Notes: generated from the sequence alone by a model not told the origin. Positions 46,401 through 58,996 are shown, counted from the first letter of the stretch. The stretch is 64,000 bases of DNA from Sporopachydermia quercuum (GCA_001599295.1 BCGN01000001.1:1-64000), one strand, 5' to 3'. Made by a program: numbers and translations.

Positions 46401-48032
46401 GTCAGAAGTATTCGGAACTGAAACTGGACTCCGGATAAGATTATTACCGGTAATTGGCGATGTTTCCTGGTAAGAATTGTCGGCTGCATAAGTATCTTTA
46501 GCACTCTTGATAATACTGATAGATTCCAGGGAAGCGGCATCAGAATTATTAGTCTCGTATTGTTGCGGAGAATGAAATTCTTCCCCGTCGAATTCACCAT
46601 CCAGATCACCTATTTCCGTTTCCGTCTCGGGAATTGCTGCTAATTCCGGTTCGGAGAAAGCAGGTAATACTGCCAGAGAAGGGCTACTCGATGATTGAGG
46701 TTCCGGAACATTGGAATTTGCCGCAGCCACAGTTGCAATACCAGCTCCCGATAATGCTGCTAATGAAGCGGAATGAGCCACCTCGGAAGCACTTAAACCT
46801 GAATTTCCTACTGTCGAGCGTTCCGGAATATCGGAAACCTCAGAAGGTTCAGAATATTCGGAGTGCGCAACCCCCCGTGATCCGTACTTTTCTTTTCTCT
46901 GCTCCGGGACCTTTTCTTGGGCGGTTACTTCATTGTTTCTGTCTTCCACCATATTTGAGCCGGTTTGTGAACTCTGTGCGTCTACGTTCTGTGAATGAGT
47001 TTGCAACTGTGCGTCAGAAGCAGCCAAAGAAGTCGAAGTAACGCTATAAGTATTCCGTAATGATGGCATAGCAGCTATTTGCTCGGAGAACTCAGGAAAA
47101 GTATCAGGCCTGAAACCAATAACCTGCGGTAAATATCCTTGAGTATACTGTCGATATACCGTGAGCATGCTGTTAAGAAACACGATCTTTTCCTTGTTAG
47201 TTCCTGTTGTATAGAGATAACGTTTGCCCATATATAAGTAGAATGAATTGAATGAATTGGTTGATAGATTGAGATGTTCGGTATCGTTTTCAATTGTACG
47301 CAACTCTTTCACGTCCCAAGTTCGACCTATTTGAACGGTTCCATTAGCATTCTCTCTTGCTTTATGCAAGCGAACAGTACCATCACGAAGCACTATAAGA
47401 AGCANAACAAATGTTAGTGGATAGTTGTTGAAAGAGACTGAGTAGTAACTGCATGTGTATTCCTTCGCTATATTAGGTATTCAGCATAGNTTTAAATGAT
47501 CATCAGTGGCATATAAATCTGGAAAAAACATACCTCCGAGAATCAGAAACCTCGGTTTACTAGAATTAGCATGTGAATCATCAAACGCTCGAACATGCGT
47601 AATATAGTTTTCCGTTGCTAATGAAAACAAATGTTAGAATCGAAGTCGATGAACCTGCAAATAAGCCTTTGACAGTATATGGTATAATGAACATAACATA
47701 ACAGGCTACTAATTAGTNAATTAATACATACGATATTGATCATTATCCAGAGTCGAAAAGCATGATTGAATAATGCTTTTCTTATCTAATTCATATTGTT
47801 GTGCTAATGAATGAGAACTAGGAGTTGAATTTCTAGTGGATGCAGCTGTACCACTGGTAGAAGCTATTGAACCACTACCAGAGGATGGTCTTTTTATTGA
47901 AAATCCATGATGNCCTTTCTCTTCTGAGGATCCTTTATTCGGAGACACGTCTCGAGATTTTCGCGAATATTTGCCTGGTGAAGACGGGATTCGGATATGT
48001 CCGAATCCAAAAGATGACTTCTTACTACTCAT
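43416..48032 (-). CDS. SEC3: Exocyst subunit Sec3; exons 48032-47732, 47617-47534, 47392-43416, about 1453 aa
   Basis: The N-terminal PH-like domain (YITHVR...KPRFLILGV...LHKARENANGTVQIGRTWDVKEL) is rebuilt across two GTATGT introns. The coiled coil (IEDESEGLQLRTKNKKQLWNEL) and C-terminal helical region (IRRPLGRLLDF, LHRRVYKHF) follow. Confidence 0.92.
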
Positions 48033-48337
48033 TGGCTAATGATCTGCTCTATATTATACCATATGGTGCAATGTCTATGTGATCGGATATGCTATATTGG
48101 TTTGATCCTTAGATATTAGGTATTAGTTATTTGATGTACAATAGATTGTTGTTATTGATTTGAATTTATGATGTTGAGAGGTTTGTGAAAGAGTAGATAG
48201 TCAACTAATTAGTTAAACTGTTTGTTTGTTGCTCAATACTTGTGTTAGTCTGGTAATTGAGAAAGAGCACATAATAAACAGAGGAAGGAATGACGAAGAG
48301 GGCTGCTTCCATAGGGGGTGTTTTAGGACGGAGAATT

Positions 48338-48386
48338 TCACGTGGAAACTCACGTGAATAGGAATAAATTGAAATCTGATCACGTG
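48338..48386. promoter_or_regulatory. Cluster of three TCACGTG E-boxes (Cbf1/bHLH type) upstream of SEC3
   Basis: TCACGTG at 48338, 48350 and 48380. Confidence 0.55.
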
Positions 48387-49017
48387 GCTTAAGTATCAAC
48401 TGCTCTTTTTGGTATCAGTTTCAGGGCGGAAATTGAGTTGGAGAACATATGATCTGGAACAGAACTCGGAATGAATAGGTAGTCAGGGTAGAGTGGAGCT
48501 GACATGGAATAATGCTAAGAGCCTTTATTGGACAATAGTACATTTTAAGTCTGGAAAGAATGTTTTAGAAAGTGTTCGAGTTATTGAAACATCGTTAAAG
48601 GGTATTCTAAAGCTATAGAGCATAGGGCTACAAGTCTGGTCTTATAGTCTTTCTTTTGATTGTTGATGTATAGGATTACAGTACACTACAATGACTCATG
48701 TCGTTAAATCTGATTTTTAAACATGCTAACCTTGCCAGTATCCATTAAACTATCAAACTTCCTTCATAAAAACCTATCTATATATCCATATCTACTTAAA
48801 TCTCTATTCTCTCCCCTTAAAGATGCATTGGTCCAATTGTCAGTATTTTGATAACCATAGTAGTAGCTTAGATCTTACACATCATCAATTATCTCTTTAC
48901 TCGTAACAACAGTAATACACAAGTATGGCCCCTTGAGGTATAATCATCATGGTACCACTTATTATCGCCAATACTTCTCTCGTATTATCTCACATTTCAG
49001 GCGAAAATTAGTACTAT

Positions 49018-50466
49018 TCATGACTTTTGCGTTGGTGTCGGCGTCTCTACTTGTAGTACTGGAATATTATTCGCGAGATTGAAGGATTGTCTCCTTGAAT
49101 TTGATCTGGAGTTTGATCTAGAATTTGACCTTGAATTATTTCGCGAATCAATCCGAGAACCAGCTCGCGAATGAACATGGGAATTAACCCGAGAGTTCAC
49201 TTGAGAATCATAAATTGAATTTGGATAGTAATAACTATCAAGAGTTCTTCGAGTTGAAGTAGGAAAGACCGAATCTGGTTGAGAGGATGAAACTCCATCT
49301 GATTCATTATTACCATATAAGTAGTTGTTATTTCCGTAATCATCATTATAAATAAAATCGTAGTTACTCTCATAATCGTTATCATCTCCGTTATTTCCAT
49401 CATCAATATGGTTATAGTTGTCGCTATTACCTTCAGTATGCTGTTGATCAAATCTAGGATTTCCAGCTCTCAATAGAGAAAATGCTTGAATGAACTGGTC
49501 GTAAACAGGGATAAANTGCTCCATGAGTTCAATAAATTCGTTCTCCTCGATAGGATCACCTCTGAATCTCAGATTCTCATACAAATCAACAAACTCATTA
49601 GCTTTCGTGCCCATGAGACCCATGTGAACCATCAAATCTATGGAGTCTCTCAAAGAGAGCTTTGTNTTAGCTGCCACGTCAATTATATCGTCAATGACCT
49701 CATTTTCCTCTTCTTCGAAGATATTCAACCTGTCACCAGTCTCTCTCAGCTGATGAGCTTTTATCACACGTCTTGAATGAAATATTTCATAACCCCGACT
49801 AGTTTTGAACTCCTCTGATCTATAATATGCGATAATTTCTTGGGTCTGTTTAACTACTTGATTAGATAACGACAGAAGCACTTCAAAATAGGGCAATCTC
49901 GGAGGTAAAAGTCTTTCTTCTGCTAGCATTTCTCGTCTTTTTTCCGAGACTTTCAGTTCAATTTGGTTAAGCTCTTCATTAGAAACAACAGCTTGAGATC
50001 TTAACTGTTTGCTTANACCGTTAGATAGTTCATCATCAGGATCTTCGTGGGTGATTACAGTTGAATTAGATAGCCCTGGATGATTCACTTTATTGATAGG
50101 TCTAGCTGCTTTCATTATTTTGTAGCATCTCTGAAATGTATGTCTGATCGGTAGTCTAGATTCCTTTGGAAGGTCTTCAAATCTAGGAATGTATCGCTTA
50201 GGCATATCAGCAAGAATTTGACGGGCTAGAATTATTCTATACGATGTTATAAAAAGAGCTACTGCAACAAACATAGCACAAGCGGCTAAAATAACAACTG
50301 AATTGAAAGCAATCTTACCTCCTGATTGAGCAATTGCATCAATAGGAGTAATGGCAATAAAACCTACCATACCCAACAGTAACAATCCCAGTGATACTCT
50401 GTAGAGCACACGGGGAATTCTCTCCCGTGCTTTCTTGAGTATAGTTTCATAATCGAGTATCATCAT
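49018..50466 (-). CDS. DLT1: Defect-at-low-temperature protein 1-like membrane protein
   Basis: Two N-terminal TM helices with LYRVSL...PIDAIAQ...FNSVV...LADMPKRYIP, a HPG motif, and an SRSN-repeat tail. Confidence 0.75.
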   Translation of the reverse strand: MMILDYETILKKARERIPRVLYRVSLGLLLLGMVGFIAITPIDAIAQSGGKIAFNSVVILAACAMFVAVALFITSYRIILARQILADMPKRYIPRFEDLPKESRLPIRHTFQRCYKIMKAARPINKVNHPGLSNSTVITHEDPDDELSNGXSKQLRSQAVVSNEELNQIELKVSEKRREMLAEERLLPPRLPYFEVLLSLSNQVVKQTQEIIAYYRSEEFKTSRGYEIFHSRRVIKAHQLRETGDRLNIFEEEENEVIDDIIDVAAXTKLSLRDSIDLMVHMGLMGTKANEFVDLYENLRFRGDPIEENEFIELMEXFIPVYDQFIQAFSLLRAGNPRFDQQHTEGNSDNYNHIDDGNNGDDNDYESNYDFIYNDDYGNNNYLYGNNESDGVSSSQPDSVFPTSTRRTLDSYYYPNSIYDSQVNSRVNSHVHSRAGSRIDSRNNSRSNSRSNSRSNSRRQSFNLANNIPVLQVETPTPTQKS

Positions 50467-51891
50467 AGCATTTTACAGAAGCTGTTAAGTTGCAGTAACA
50501 TATCCTTTATTTATTGTACTGTCAGTTGATTGCAGTGGAACTGTTTTTACAGTCAATTATGATTGAATATGGCTGGATGATTTTAGAGTTCTTATGAGGA
50601 TGGACGGAGTGTTGGTATGTCTATTTGTATACATCCGTATGACGTTTGTTGTTGAGAGTTCTAATCCAAATCCTAAACGTTTGAGTGAGTTTTTGAATTC
50701 ATTTCAGATGAAAAAATGAGGTTGAGTTGGTGTTTGCTAAAGGTTTTTATTAATTCATGCTGTTGTTCATGCCGATGTATTTATATGCAACACGAGCTTG
50801 TGGTTAGAGAGATGTAGTTGTAAGCATCGGAAACAATTACAAGCTATTACGGAAACTATAGACATAGGTAAGTTTGGGAAGGGCTGCCTCGAGAAAGACA
50901 CATCACAAATGAAGGAAGTAGAATGATAACATACTCTTCCGGTCAGTAGTTGATAAATAAAAATGGTCAGTTTTGACTTCGATATTATAAATTATGTATA
51001 CTACTTAATGAATAAATTAGTTTAGCTGAAAAGGAAGTAGGAAAAAAAAGTAGGAAATGAAACCGAGACGTAACTGGAAGGTAATAATAAAGTTCAATAA
51101 ATATGCATATATCTGCAGTTAAGTGCATGTTTCACATGTGGATAGAACAATAATCTCAAATTGATGCTTCAGTTCATTCAGTATTATTGCTCCTGATCGA
51201 CAAAGCTTCAGAACGCTAATTTTATCCTAAGATGTATTATTCATCAGCTCAACAATAATTGAGTTATATNCTTGCTCAGACTCTCATCAGATTTAGTAAA
51301 TTTACTACAAGAGGCACCTAAAGTGTGTTTTTCATCAAATACCACCAATTCCCTCATTATTCCCTCGTTATTCCCTTATTCCAGTACTCTACACAATTTT
51401 CCCCTTTTAGTGGTTCTCTATAAGTTTTCAATGTTTGATCCGTATCTGTCCAGTCAATTACAATCCTTCAATAGACCAGTCTTCATAGAGCAATAAATGT
51501 TAATCTAGGCCAAGAAAGTGTTCATTATTTATGAAAAGACACTTTGCATTTGAATATCAGGATCAATCAAGTATCACAAATATAATCAACTGCGTCCTTA
51601 ATTCAATGAACTAATAGGCCAGGAAAATAAAACTAAAAACTGAAATCAAGTTATGCTAGAAAAAAACAACTCCATACTACAGTAAAACAGCAGGTACAAT
51701 AAAACTATGAACAGAAGTAAAAATAGTTACAACATTTAAACAATCAACGACAGTACCTCAATACATACAAAATCTGTAATATTACCCTTTGGCCGTATTT
51801 CTATAATCATTACTATACTTACTTTTGAATTAGTTGTATCTGATAGAAATAATGATTGTAGCCAAAGCTGTTTTCATCATTTCTTTCTTTT

Positions 51892-53310
51892 CTAATTATG
51901 TTTACCATCAATCTTATCCATTTCGTACTCTTCTTCATATTGAGGTACTTTATAATATTTATGTGACTGCTTGAATTTCTTCAATCTTTCTCGCTTGAAC
52001 TTCTCTTGAGCCTTTTTTCTAACACTGGTTAAATCAACTGAATTGAATCCGACTTTCAAAACAAAGTAGAAAATACAACCAACAACCAAAATAATAGTAG
52101 GAACAAGTAAAGCGATCATATAAACATTATCATCAGGTCCAAATTCGGAATCTGGATGCTGCAGCTTCTTTCTCTTATTTGGCGGTATTTGAGAAATAAC
52201 AACGTAAGTTCCATTAGTAACTAAATCAACTGCCTCATCAGGTTGAGATTCTGGTTGTAGTATAAAAACAACATGTTGTAAATATTTTCCTAGTAACCAT
52301 TCTTCATCAACTTCTAAAGGGTAATAGCCATCATCATTGTCAATCCATTCAGATGTAAAGAATGCATCATCAGCGTCACGTTTAACCAATTGATAACTAT
52401 TAGCACCAGAACTATCGCTGCTATCTAATTCACGCTTCATGTGTTTCTCTTCAACATACGCAAGATGCAATCTGACTCTATCACCTTCAGGAAAGAACTT
52501 AGTGAACCAGGTGATGAAATATGTTTTACCGAGTTCAATTTTAGTTCCATGGCGAGGAGTACACAAAGGTTCACTAGAACGTCTTTTACGGCCTTCCCCA
52601 CGCATATAATATCTATCAGGAGTACATCTAATCAAAGGATTTAATGACCTGTAAGTTAGATCTTCTTCAAGCCATACAACTTCTTCAAATTTATCATCTT
52701 TGTTCATATTATGTGCTTCAAGATCCTCATAGTCATAGGTTGAAGTCACTGCAGTTCTGAAATATGTGCTATAATCGGGACTTCCGTTGACTGTATGGCC
52801 GTCTTTGATTTTAGGCTTGATCCATTTCGGTAGACCTTTCTTATCTAGACTAATCCAACTATGAGGTCCATTATCTTCAAGCGGCTTGGCTGAGAAAGTG
52901 ATTCCACCGATAATGGTAGGAGTCACAATTTCTTTAATAGAAGAATAGATTGTCCGAATCCAAGGTTTTGGTGTCTCTGTTGATGTTGGAACCTCGTCAT
53001 TCTTTTTTTTTCTCTTAACTAGTTCTCTTTTTTCCAACTCTGAGCCTGATCCTAAGACTACGAGTTCACCTTCATCGTTAAGGAAAGCGTCATTGGTTAC
53101 TTGCTGAAGGAGAGCTTGAAAAGTTGGTGTTGCTGATGTAATACTTAAAGTTTCTGGAGCAAGATCAGGAGTAATTGCCCCAATTTCCCCATTAATACTC
53201 GCATTTTGATCGTACGCGTTACCCGTGGCAGCAACCAATGCTATAATCGATAGCCATACCAACGCACAGCTATTACTCCGGAAAACGCGCTTAGCTGAAA
53301 CCATTTTCAT
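51892..53310 (-). CDS. PSG1: Psg1 (YKL077W)-like type I secretory-pathway membrane protein
   Basis: Signal peptide, KR sites, PKPWIRTIYSSIKEIVTPTIIGGITFSAKP, LNPLIRCTPDRY and a C-terminal TM helix. Confidence 0.8.
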   Translation of the reverse strand: MKMVSAKRVFRSNSCALVWLSIIALVAATGNAYDQNASINGEIGAITPDLAPETLSITSATPTFQALLQQVTNDAFLNDEGELVVLGSGSELEKRELVKRKKKNDEVPTSTETPKPWIRTIYSSIKEIVTPTIIGGITFSAKPLEDNGPHSWISLDKKGLPKWIKPKIKDGHTVNGSPDYSTYFRTAVTSTYDYEDLEAHNMNKDDKFEEVVWLEEDLTYRSLNPLIRCTPDRYYMRGEGRKRRSSEPLCTPRHGTKIELGKTYFITWFTKFFPEGDRVRLHLAYVEEKHMKRELDSSDSSGANSYQLVKRDADDAFFTSEWIDNDDGYYPLEVDEEWLLGKYLQHVVFILQPESQPDEAVDLVTNGTYVVISQIPPNKRKKLQHPDSEFGPDDNVYMIALLVPTIILVVGCIFYFVLKVGFNSVDLTSVRKKAQEKFKRERLKKFKQSHKYYKVPQYEEEYEMDKIDGKHN

Positions 53311-53923
53311 GAATATTTCGATTACTTCAGCTGGAAAAATTGCATTTTCAAGAAGAAACGTTTTCTGACAAATATATCGGTTATGCTGATCGAAAATCGG
53401 TGGATAAGAGTTTCTGAAGAGAAGAGGGAATTAATTACAAGTTGAGAAATCGGCATTCTTGGAATTTTCATCAATAGAACTAGTGATGACGTGAACATTA
53501 ATGGTGAATAAGGAACAGTTGTAATGAGATTTGAAGTGTAAGTGAGAATAATAGGCGATGACGTAATTGTAAATTACTAATAACGCAAATANTGGATGTA
53601 TACCCTTCCGATATAATTTCCGAAATTTATAAACATAGTAGATGAACTATTTGCTGAGAATCCTTTTTTTCTTATTATTATTATAAATCATGTAACTTAT
53701 GGTTTGGTACGGAAATATGAAAATAAAAAGGAAGTTAATATGTGGTTATTTAAGGATACTTACTTTGGTTGATGTATTTACTACAAAACACTCAAGTATA
53801 AATGCAGACATAGTTGAATCTGTGCTCATAGTATCATCCAACCTCAACAGATTCATCACACAACAGATTTCCAAATAAGAGGACTATAGATGTAATTCAA
53901 AACACTTTTTTTATAATCACATA

Positions 53924-54454
53924 ATGGAGGAACTACCTATCAAAGATGATTTGGATGTCATAAAAACAAATTTGGAGTATCATCATCTATGGAAAAATGT
54001 AGAGATCATTGAAATACCATACGTGCTTAGGAGAGAGAGAGAAACGATAGGAAATACAGATAAGGATAGAAAGGAAAGTGCAAATGATGATAAAAGGCTG
54101 TGGGTAATAAAAGGACACTCTCCTCCTTCATTTCAACCTGATGGAGCAAAGGACTCAACGGCTGATGATGAGCCAAATAGTGATAGGTCCGAATCTGGTA
54201 GCTACGAATGGGTTGTTGCAATGATGCTTAATAGCCAAACCAGTGTTAAAGAGATAGATACCTATTTTGAGTCTATTGGTAGATATTTGTACGAGAAAAA
54301 CATGGGAGAAGATAACGGAAAAAATATTAATAAATTCGGAATTCAATATTGGAAGCTGAGGCCGTCACGGATTCTTTTGGGAATTATTAGTAATGATGGG
54401 ACAGTTGTGTATTATATATCTCGCGATGGGTTAGTAAAACCACGCAAGAACTAG
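53924..54454 (+). CDS. SEN15: tRNA-splicing endonuclease subunit Sen15
   Basis: NLEYHHLW near the N-terminus, EWVV in the middle, and C-terminal RILLGIISNDGTVVYY...GLVKPRKN. Confidence 0.85.
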   Translation: MEELPIKDDLDVIKTNLEYHHLWKNVEIIEIPYVLRRERETIGNTDKDRKESANDDKRLWVIKGHSPPSFQPDGAKDSTADDEPNSDRSESGSYEWVVAMMLNSQTSVKEIDTYFESIGRYLYEKNMGEDNGKNINKFGIQYWKLRPSRILLGIISNDGTVVYYISRDGLVKPRKN

Positions 54455-54616
54455 ACAAAATGACAGTTTTTGTATAGATAATAATTGTATTATTTTAAAA
54501 TGTTAAATAGGAAAGATCGTTATATTATATACAAGTTATGATATGAAAATAATAATCAGAAGGCATCAAGAATATTGCATGAAGTGAGCAAGAAAAGGTA
54601 AAAATACATTGCGTTA

Positions 54617-55714
54617 TCAATAATATCCCAAAAGCAGCTTTTTGACGGAATTAGTAAAATTCGGAACATCCGATATTTTCACAGTCGACCCGTTAAATCT
54701 CACGGTGTTTTCCTCCAAGGATTCTTGTATCTTTTCCGACTCATTCCTTAATGTATGTCCTGCTACATAATTCTGCACTCGATCAGCTAAAGCTAGTAAA
54801 TGAGGAAAAGACTGCTGTAGAAATCTTGCCAAACTTAAGTTTGGAAAGTCTGGATTAGTTTGGCAGATTAACTGCGCTGCTAGCAATAAATCAGCTACAG
54901 ATACACTATCACCAAACAGAAAAGTCTTCTCCCGTTCTTCATTGGCTGCTACAGTATCGCTAACATCTATTCCCTTCTTATAATCCGATCGCACAATCCT
55001 ATTCTTCAATACAGAAATAGCAACTATATCACCATAGAACTGTTTGGCTAGATTCAAGCATCTCATGTTGTTCTTTGATACACTCTCTAAAATCGCTCCT
55101 GAGATTCTAGATTTCTGTTGTAAAGACGCTGTTGCATTTTGCTCCGTAAAATTCTCTGGTAATCCCCGTTCTTCGTTGACTTTTTTAGCAACGTCGGCAG
55201 AGGTTTCTGCCACTAAATCCACATTTTTCCTACACACTTCTTTTGCTCTGTGGCGTAATTTCAACACTGCGTTGTACTGCATGGGAAAAGGAAGAAGCCG
55301 TGATATATGAGGACTGGTATATCCATTGTAATTCTTATGATCCAGAAATAGGGCAAAATACGTCAAGCAGGTGATTTTGCTATCAATAAATAATGTCGTT
55401 GAGTGTTCCATTGGATTTCTTGATGCCTCAGAAGTTAGATTGGGTAGATTATAGCCTTGATGTTGCAGATACCGTATAATGTTAAAGAAGCCTGACACTA
55501 AGGATGATTTTGTAGAGTTTTCCTCTGTATGCCGTAAAACTGGCAATAATAAATTTGAACCGCCATCAAGACTTTCATTACAACTACAAGCAAGATTTCT
55601 GTCTTCCTCAGTAACTGTTACAAGCATATACCACCAAACTGCAAGACATTGTGGAGAAAATGTTTGTAGATTGCCGTCTTGTGTTTGGACGCCCCAAACA
55701 TGTAGTTCGAGCAT
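54617..55714 (-). CDS. SAM37: Mitochondrial SAM complex metaxin-like subunit
   Basis: LHVWG...FSPQCLAVWWY, LPVL, VSGFFNIIRYL, LLPFPMQY and a GST-like C-terminal FLFGDSVSVADL. Confidence 0.8.
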   Translation of the reverse strand: MLELHVWGVQTQDGNLQTFSPQCLAVWWYMLVTVTEEDRNLACSCNESLDGGSNLLLPVLRHTEENSTKSSLVSGFFNIIRYLQHQGYNLPNLTSEASRNPMEHSTTLFIDSKITCLTYFALFLDHKNYNGYTSPHISRLLPFPMQYNAVLKLRHRAKEVCRKNVDLVAETSADVAKKVNEERGLPENFTEQNATASLQQKSRISGAILESVSKNNMRCLNLAKQFYGDIVAISVLKNRIVRSDYKKGIDVSDTVAANEEREKTFLFGDSVSVADLLLAAQLICQTNPDFPNLSLARFLQQSFPHLLALADRVQNYVAGHTLRNESEKIQESLEENTVRFNGSTVKISDVPNFTNSVKKLLLGYY

Positions 55715-56537
55715 TATGAATGATATTCCTAGTGATAAACCAACTAAAACCCCAAGAATTGAATCCTAACAATTACTGAGTTCTGTAGAGATTTTCAGCC
55801 CTTTCTTTTTTCTGAAGGTTACACTGTTCTTTTGTCAGCTGTTAGCTAGTGCAAACAATTGATTCTATAAAATACTTCTGAACTTCGTTTAATAAGCTGA
55901 AGAAAATGGTCTTGGAACCCCCCCCCCCTAAAAGAGAGAGATAGTAAAACTTACGGAGATAGTACGATCGAGGGGAGAAATTTAATTCACATCACTATAT
56001 GGATTCAAAGGACTAATACTATCATTATAGTGTAAATGTCCTAATCTATAAGTAGATGGAGTTTTTGTTTGAAGCAGCCTCTGGCAGCATATCACTATAC
56101 GTCCTAAGTGAACACTAATACCACACACNTTTCTAATATCGGAAACAATATAACAGAGGAAGCTCTCATTGTAACATCACGTATCCTTTCAACAAATCTT
56201 CTTCATCTCCCCGTTTTTCCTCTCTTTTTTCCGTCTGCTTGGTTGAAAGAAAAAAAACGGAACAAACACTCCATCGCACGAACATAACGGCCCAAAACAC
56301 ACATTTCCGAGAGCGGGATTCTAATCTCTACATGTTTTACTGTTCTGCCTGTTGTCCTCTATGAAACGTGACCCTAGATTATCTGTAATTTGAGTGATAG
56401 GAACTGATGTCATAAGCGGACCAGAAGATTGAACACACAAACATTAAATAATAAATTAGGGAACCTTTAACGGGAAATCAAGTAATCCAATGCCCTTTAG
56501 ATAGTAAATATAACACTTTTGGCAACTATATTCAGGA

Positions 56538-58996
56538 ATGGCTAGCGAAGAAGAAGGCCGGGAGACTCCAGCTTTTCTCCGAGACGAATCGCCGGTAGCT
56601 AAAAGTGTTGAACCGGAAACAAGCTTGAGCTCAACTGAGCAAGACCAAGGAAAGAAACGGAAACGATCGCCAGGTAATGAAACCAGTGAAGCAAATGATG
56701 TTCCTGATTCGGCTTCTACAGGGGAAACTTTAGTCTCACAAGGTATTTCTCCTGAAGATTTACGTGATAAAGATGCTTGGTTGAAGCTAATCTCCGCAGC
56801 TAAGAAAGAACAGAATTTTGAACAAATCAGATCCTTATATGACCAATATCTCACGATATTTCCTACTTGCGCTCAGCAATGGATAGATTTTATTGAATTT
56901 GAACTAGAGCAATCGGAATTCCGCAATGCCGAAGTTCTATTTTCAAAATCTCTTAATAAAGTGTACAACGTGGAACTTTGGAAAGTGTATATTCACTATG
57001 TGCAGAAGACAAACATATCAGCAGATGGAGAAAAAAGTCAATCGATCATCAAACAAGCATTTGAATACGCTTTAGATAAAGTTGGTATCGATTTCAATGC
57101 AGGGTCTTTATGGTTAGAGTATATTGAGTTTGTTTATTCATGGACTGCAACTACTACATGGAAAGAACAACAGCGAATGGATATGCTTAGAAATATATAC
57201 AGAAGAGCAGTTTCAATTCCTTTGAACAACATTGAAATCATCTGGCAAAAGTATAATAATTTTGAAAATGAAGTCAACAAAATGATTGCTAGAAAATTTC
57301 TTAACGAAAGATCCACTGCTTATATGCATGCTAGATCTTGTCAAAAAGAATGGTATGGTTTAGCAGGTGACTTAGACACCACTATGTTAATTCCACCAGA
57401 GAAAAAGCAAACCCGTGAATATAAACGAGTTCATAAGGCATTAATAGATTGGATTAACTGGGAGAAGAAAAATCCATTAGAATTGAATGATCCTGCTGAA
57501 GTATTCAAACGAGTGTTCTATGCTTGGAGACAAGCAATGAGTATGCTGTGGTTTTATTCACAGGTATGGATTGAAGCCTCGAATTTTTGCTATGAGTTTG
57601 CTAGTGATTCGAGCAATTTGACTACATCTAATACATTGTTTGCCGCTACTGGCCTTGAAACCTTGAAAGAAGGTGTTGAAGCTAACCCTGAATCATTTGC
57701 TCTGGCGTATGTATTAGCTGAAAGATTAGAACGAGAAGGTGAATATGAGGAAGCACTGAGATGCTATGATAGATTAATATCAGATGTGACAAAACAATAT
57801 ATACAGCTCTCCCAAGAGAAAAAGGATGCATTGGGAGGGAAAAAACTAGCGCGGCAGCTTACAGTCAGTCATATTCATAAGATTCAATTGATCAAACGAG
57901 GAAAAGGTATGCCTGAGGTTAGAATGGCTAGTAAGACAGTAACAAAATTACCATATATTACTCATCATTTCTTCGCCTGTCTGGCGTTGATGGAGTATTA
58001 TCATGGAAATCTTGTTTTCTGTAAGAAGGTGTTTGATTTTGGTTTGAAGAAGTTTCCAAAATGTAAAGAGTATCTTGTTGTATATTTAAAGTTTTTATGT
58101 TTGACGCGTGATGATGCAAGTATGTATTGAAGTTTGGTTTAAGAATAAGATACCATGAATATCTCAATAAAGCTTAACCTACATGAGGATAAAGTCGAAA
58201 GGTTACACTCAACTCTGTTACTAACAATATCTCTATCACAGATGCTGTATCATTATTTGAAACTTATGTTCCCAAATTAGAACCGGAAGATTCAAAGGAG
58301 TTGTATCAGTTATTCATGAAGTATCAGGCACAGTTCAGTGATTTAAACCTTGCCGTAAACCTAGAAAAAAGGTATCAAAGTTTGTTCCCTGAAGGTATGT
58401 TATTTTGCTTAAAAGGAGCACTCAAGACTGCGTATTTATTGACAGGAAACTAATATCATAAATCTAGAATCGAAATTGAGCATAATGGGTCTAAGATTCG
58501 ACTTTTTGGGTGAAAATCCAATGTTTGAAGAATTGGGAATCGTTAATTCTAGTGACGATTTGTTTGGAAGTAATCCGAATGTTGCAGTTGTTCAGCAGGA
58601 AGAAGAGTATGATGATGATGATTATCAACCAGATGTTGATTTTGATAGCAATGAAATGAATCAGAAACGATTAAGATCTAATCAAAACCAAAACGATTAC
58701 CAAAGATCATCAACGCCATTACAAAAAGAGAAAGCTGAATTTATAACTGAAGAAGTGTATAATCTATTACGGTTACTTCCTTCATCAAGTACCTTCCATG
58801 GTAAGTTGAGTTTTATAGTTTCGAACCATTAAAGTTTTGCTAAATTTAAAGTTAAAATCGAGTTAAACTTTAAAGCAAGTAAGTAGTCTGGATTATTTTC
58901 TATATGTTTACTAACTATCTTTTTTTATTTTTAGTACCAATATTTGATTCTAAAAAGCTGGTATCTCTTTTAAAAACATTTGATACCTCCAAATAA
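56538..58996 (+). CDS. RNA14: mRNA 3'-end processing factor Rna14 (CstF-77, HAT repeats); exons 56538-58119, 58242-58394, 58468-58800, 58935-58996, 709 aa
   Basis: HAT repeats (RSLYDQYLTIFPT, VELWKVYIHYV, WINWEKKNPLEL) and a C-terminal EVYNLLRLLP...FDSKKLVSLL. Three phase-1 introns have canonical ends. Confidence 0.92.

Noticed and set aside
58818..58828. tRNA B-box-like GGTTCGAAAC on the minus strand
   Set aside because: No A-box or cloverleaf around it.
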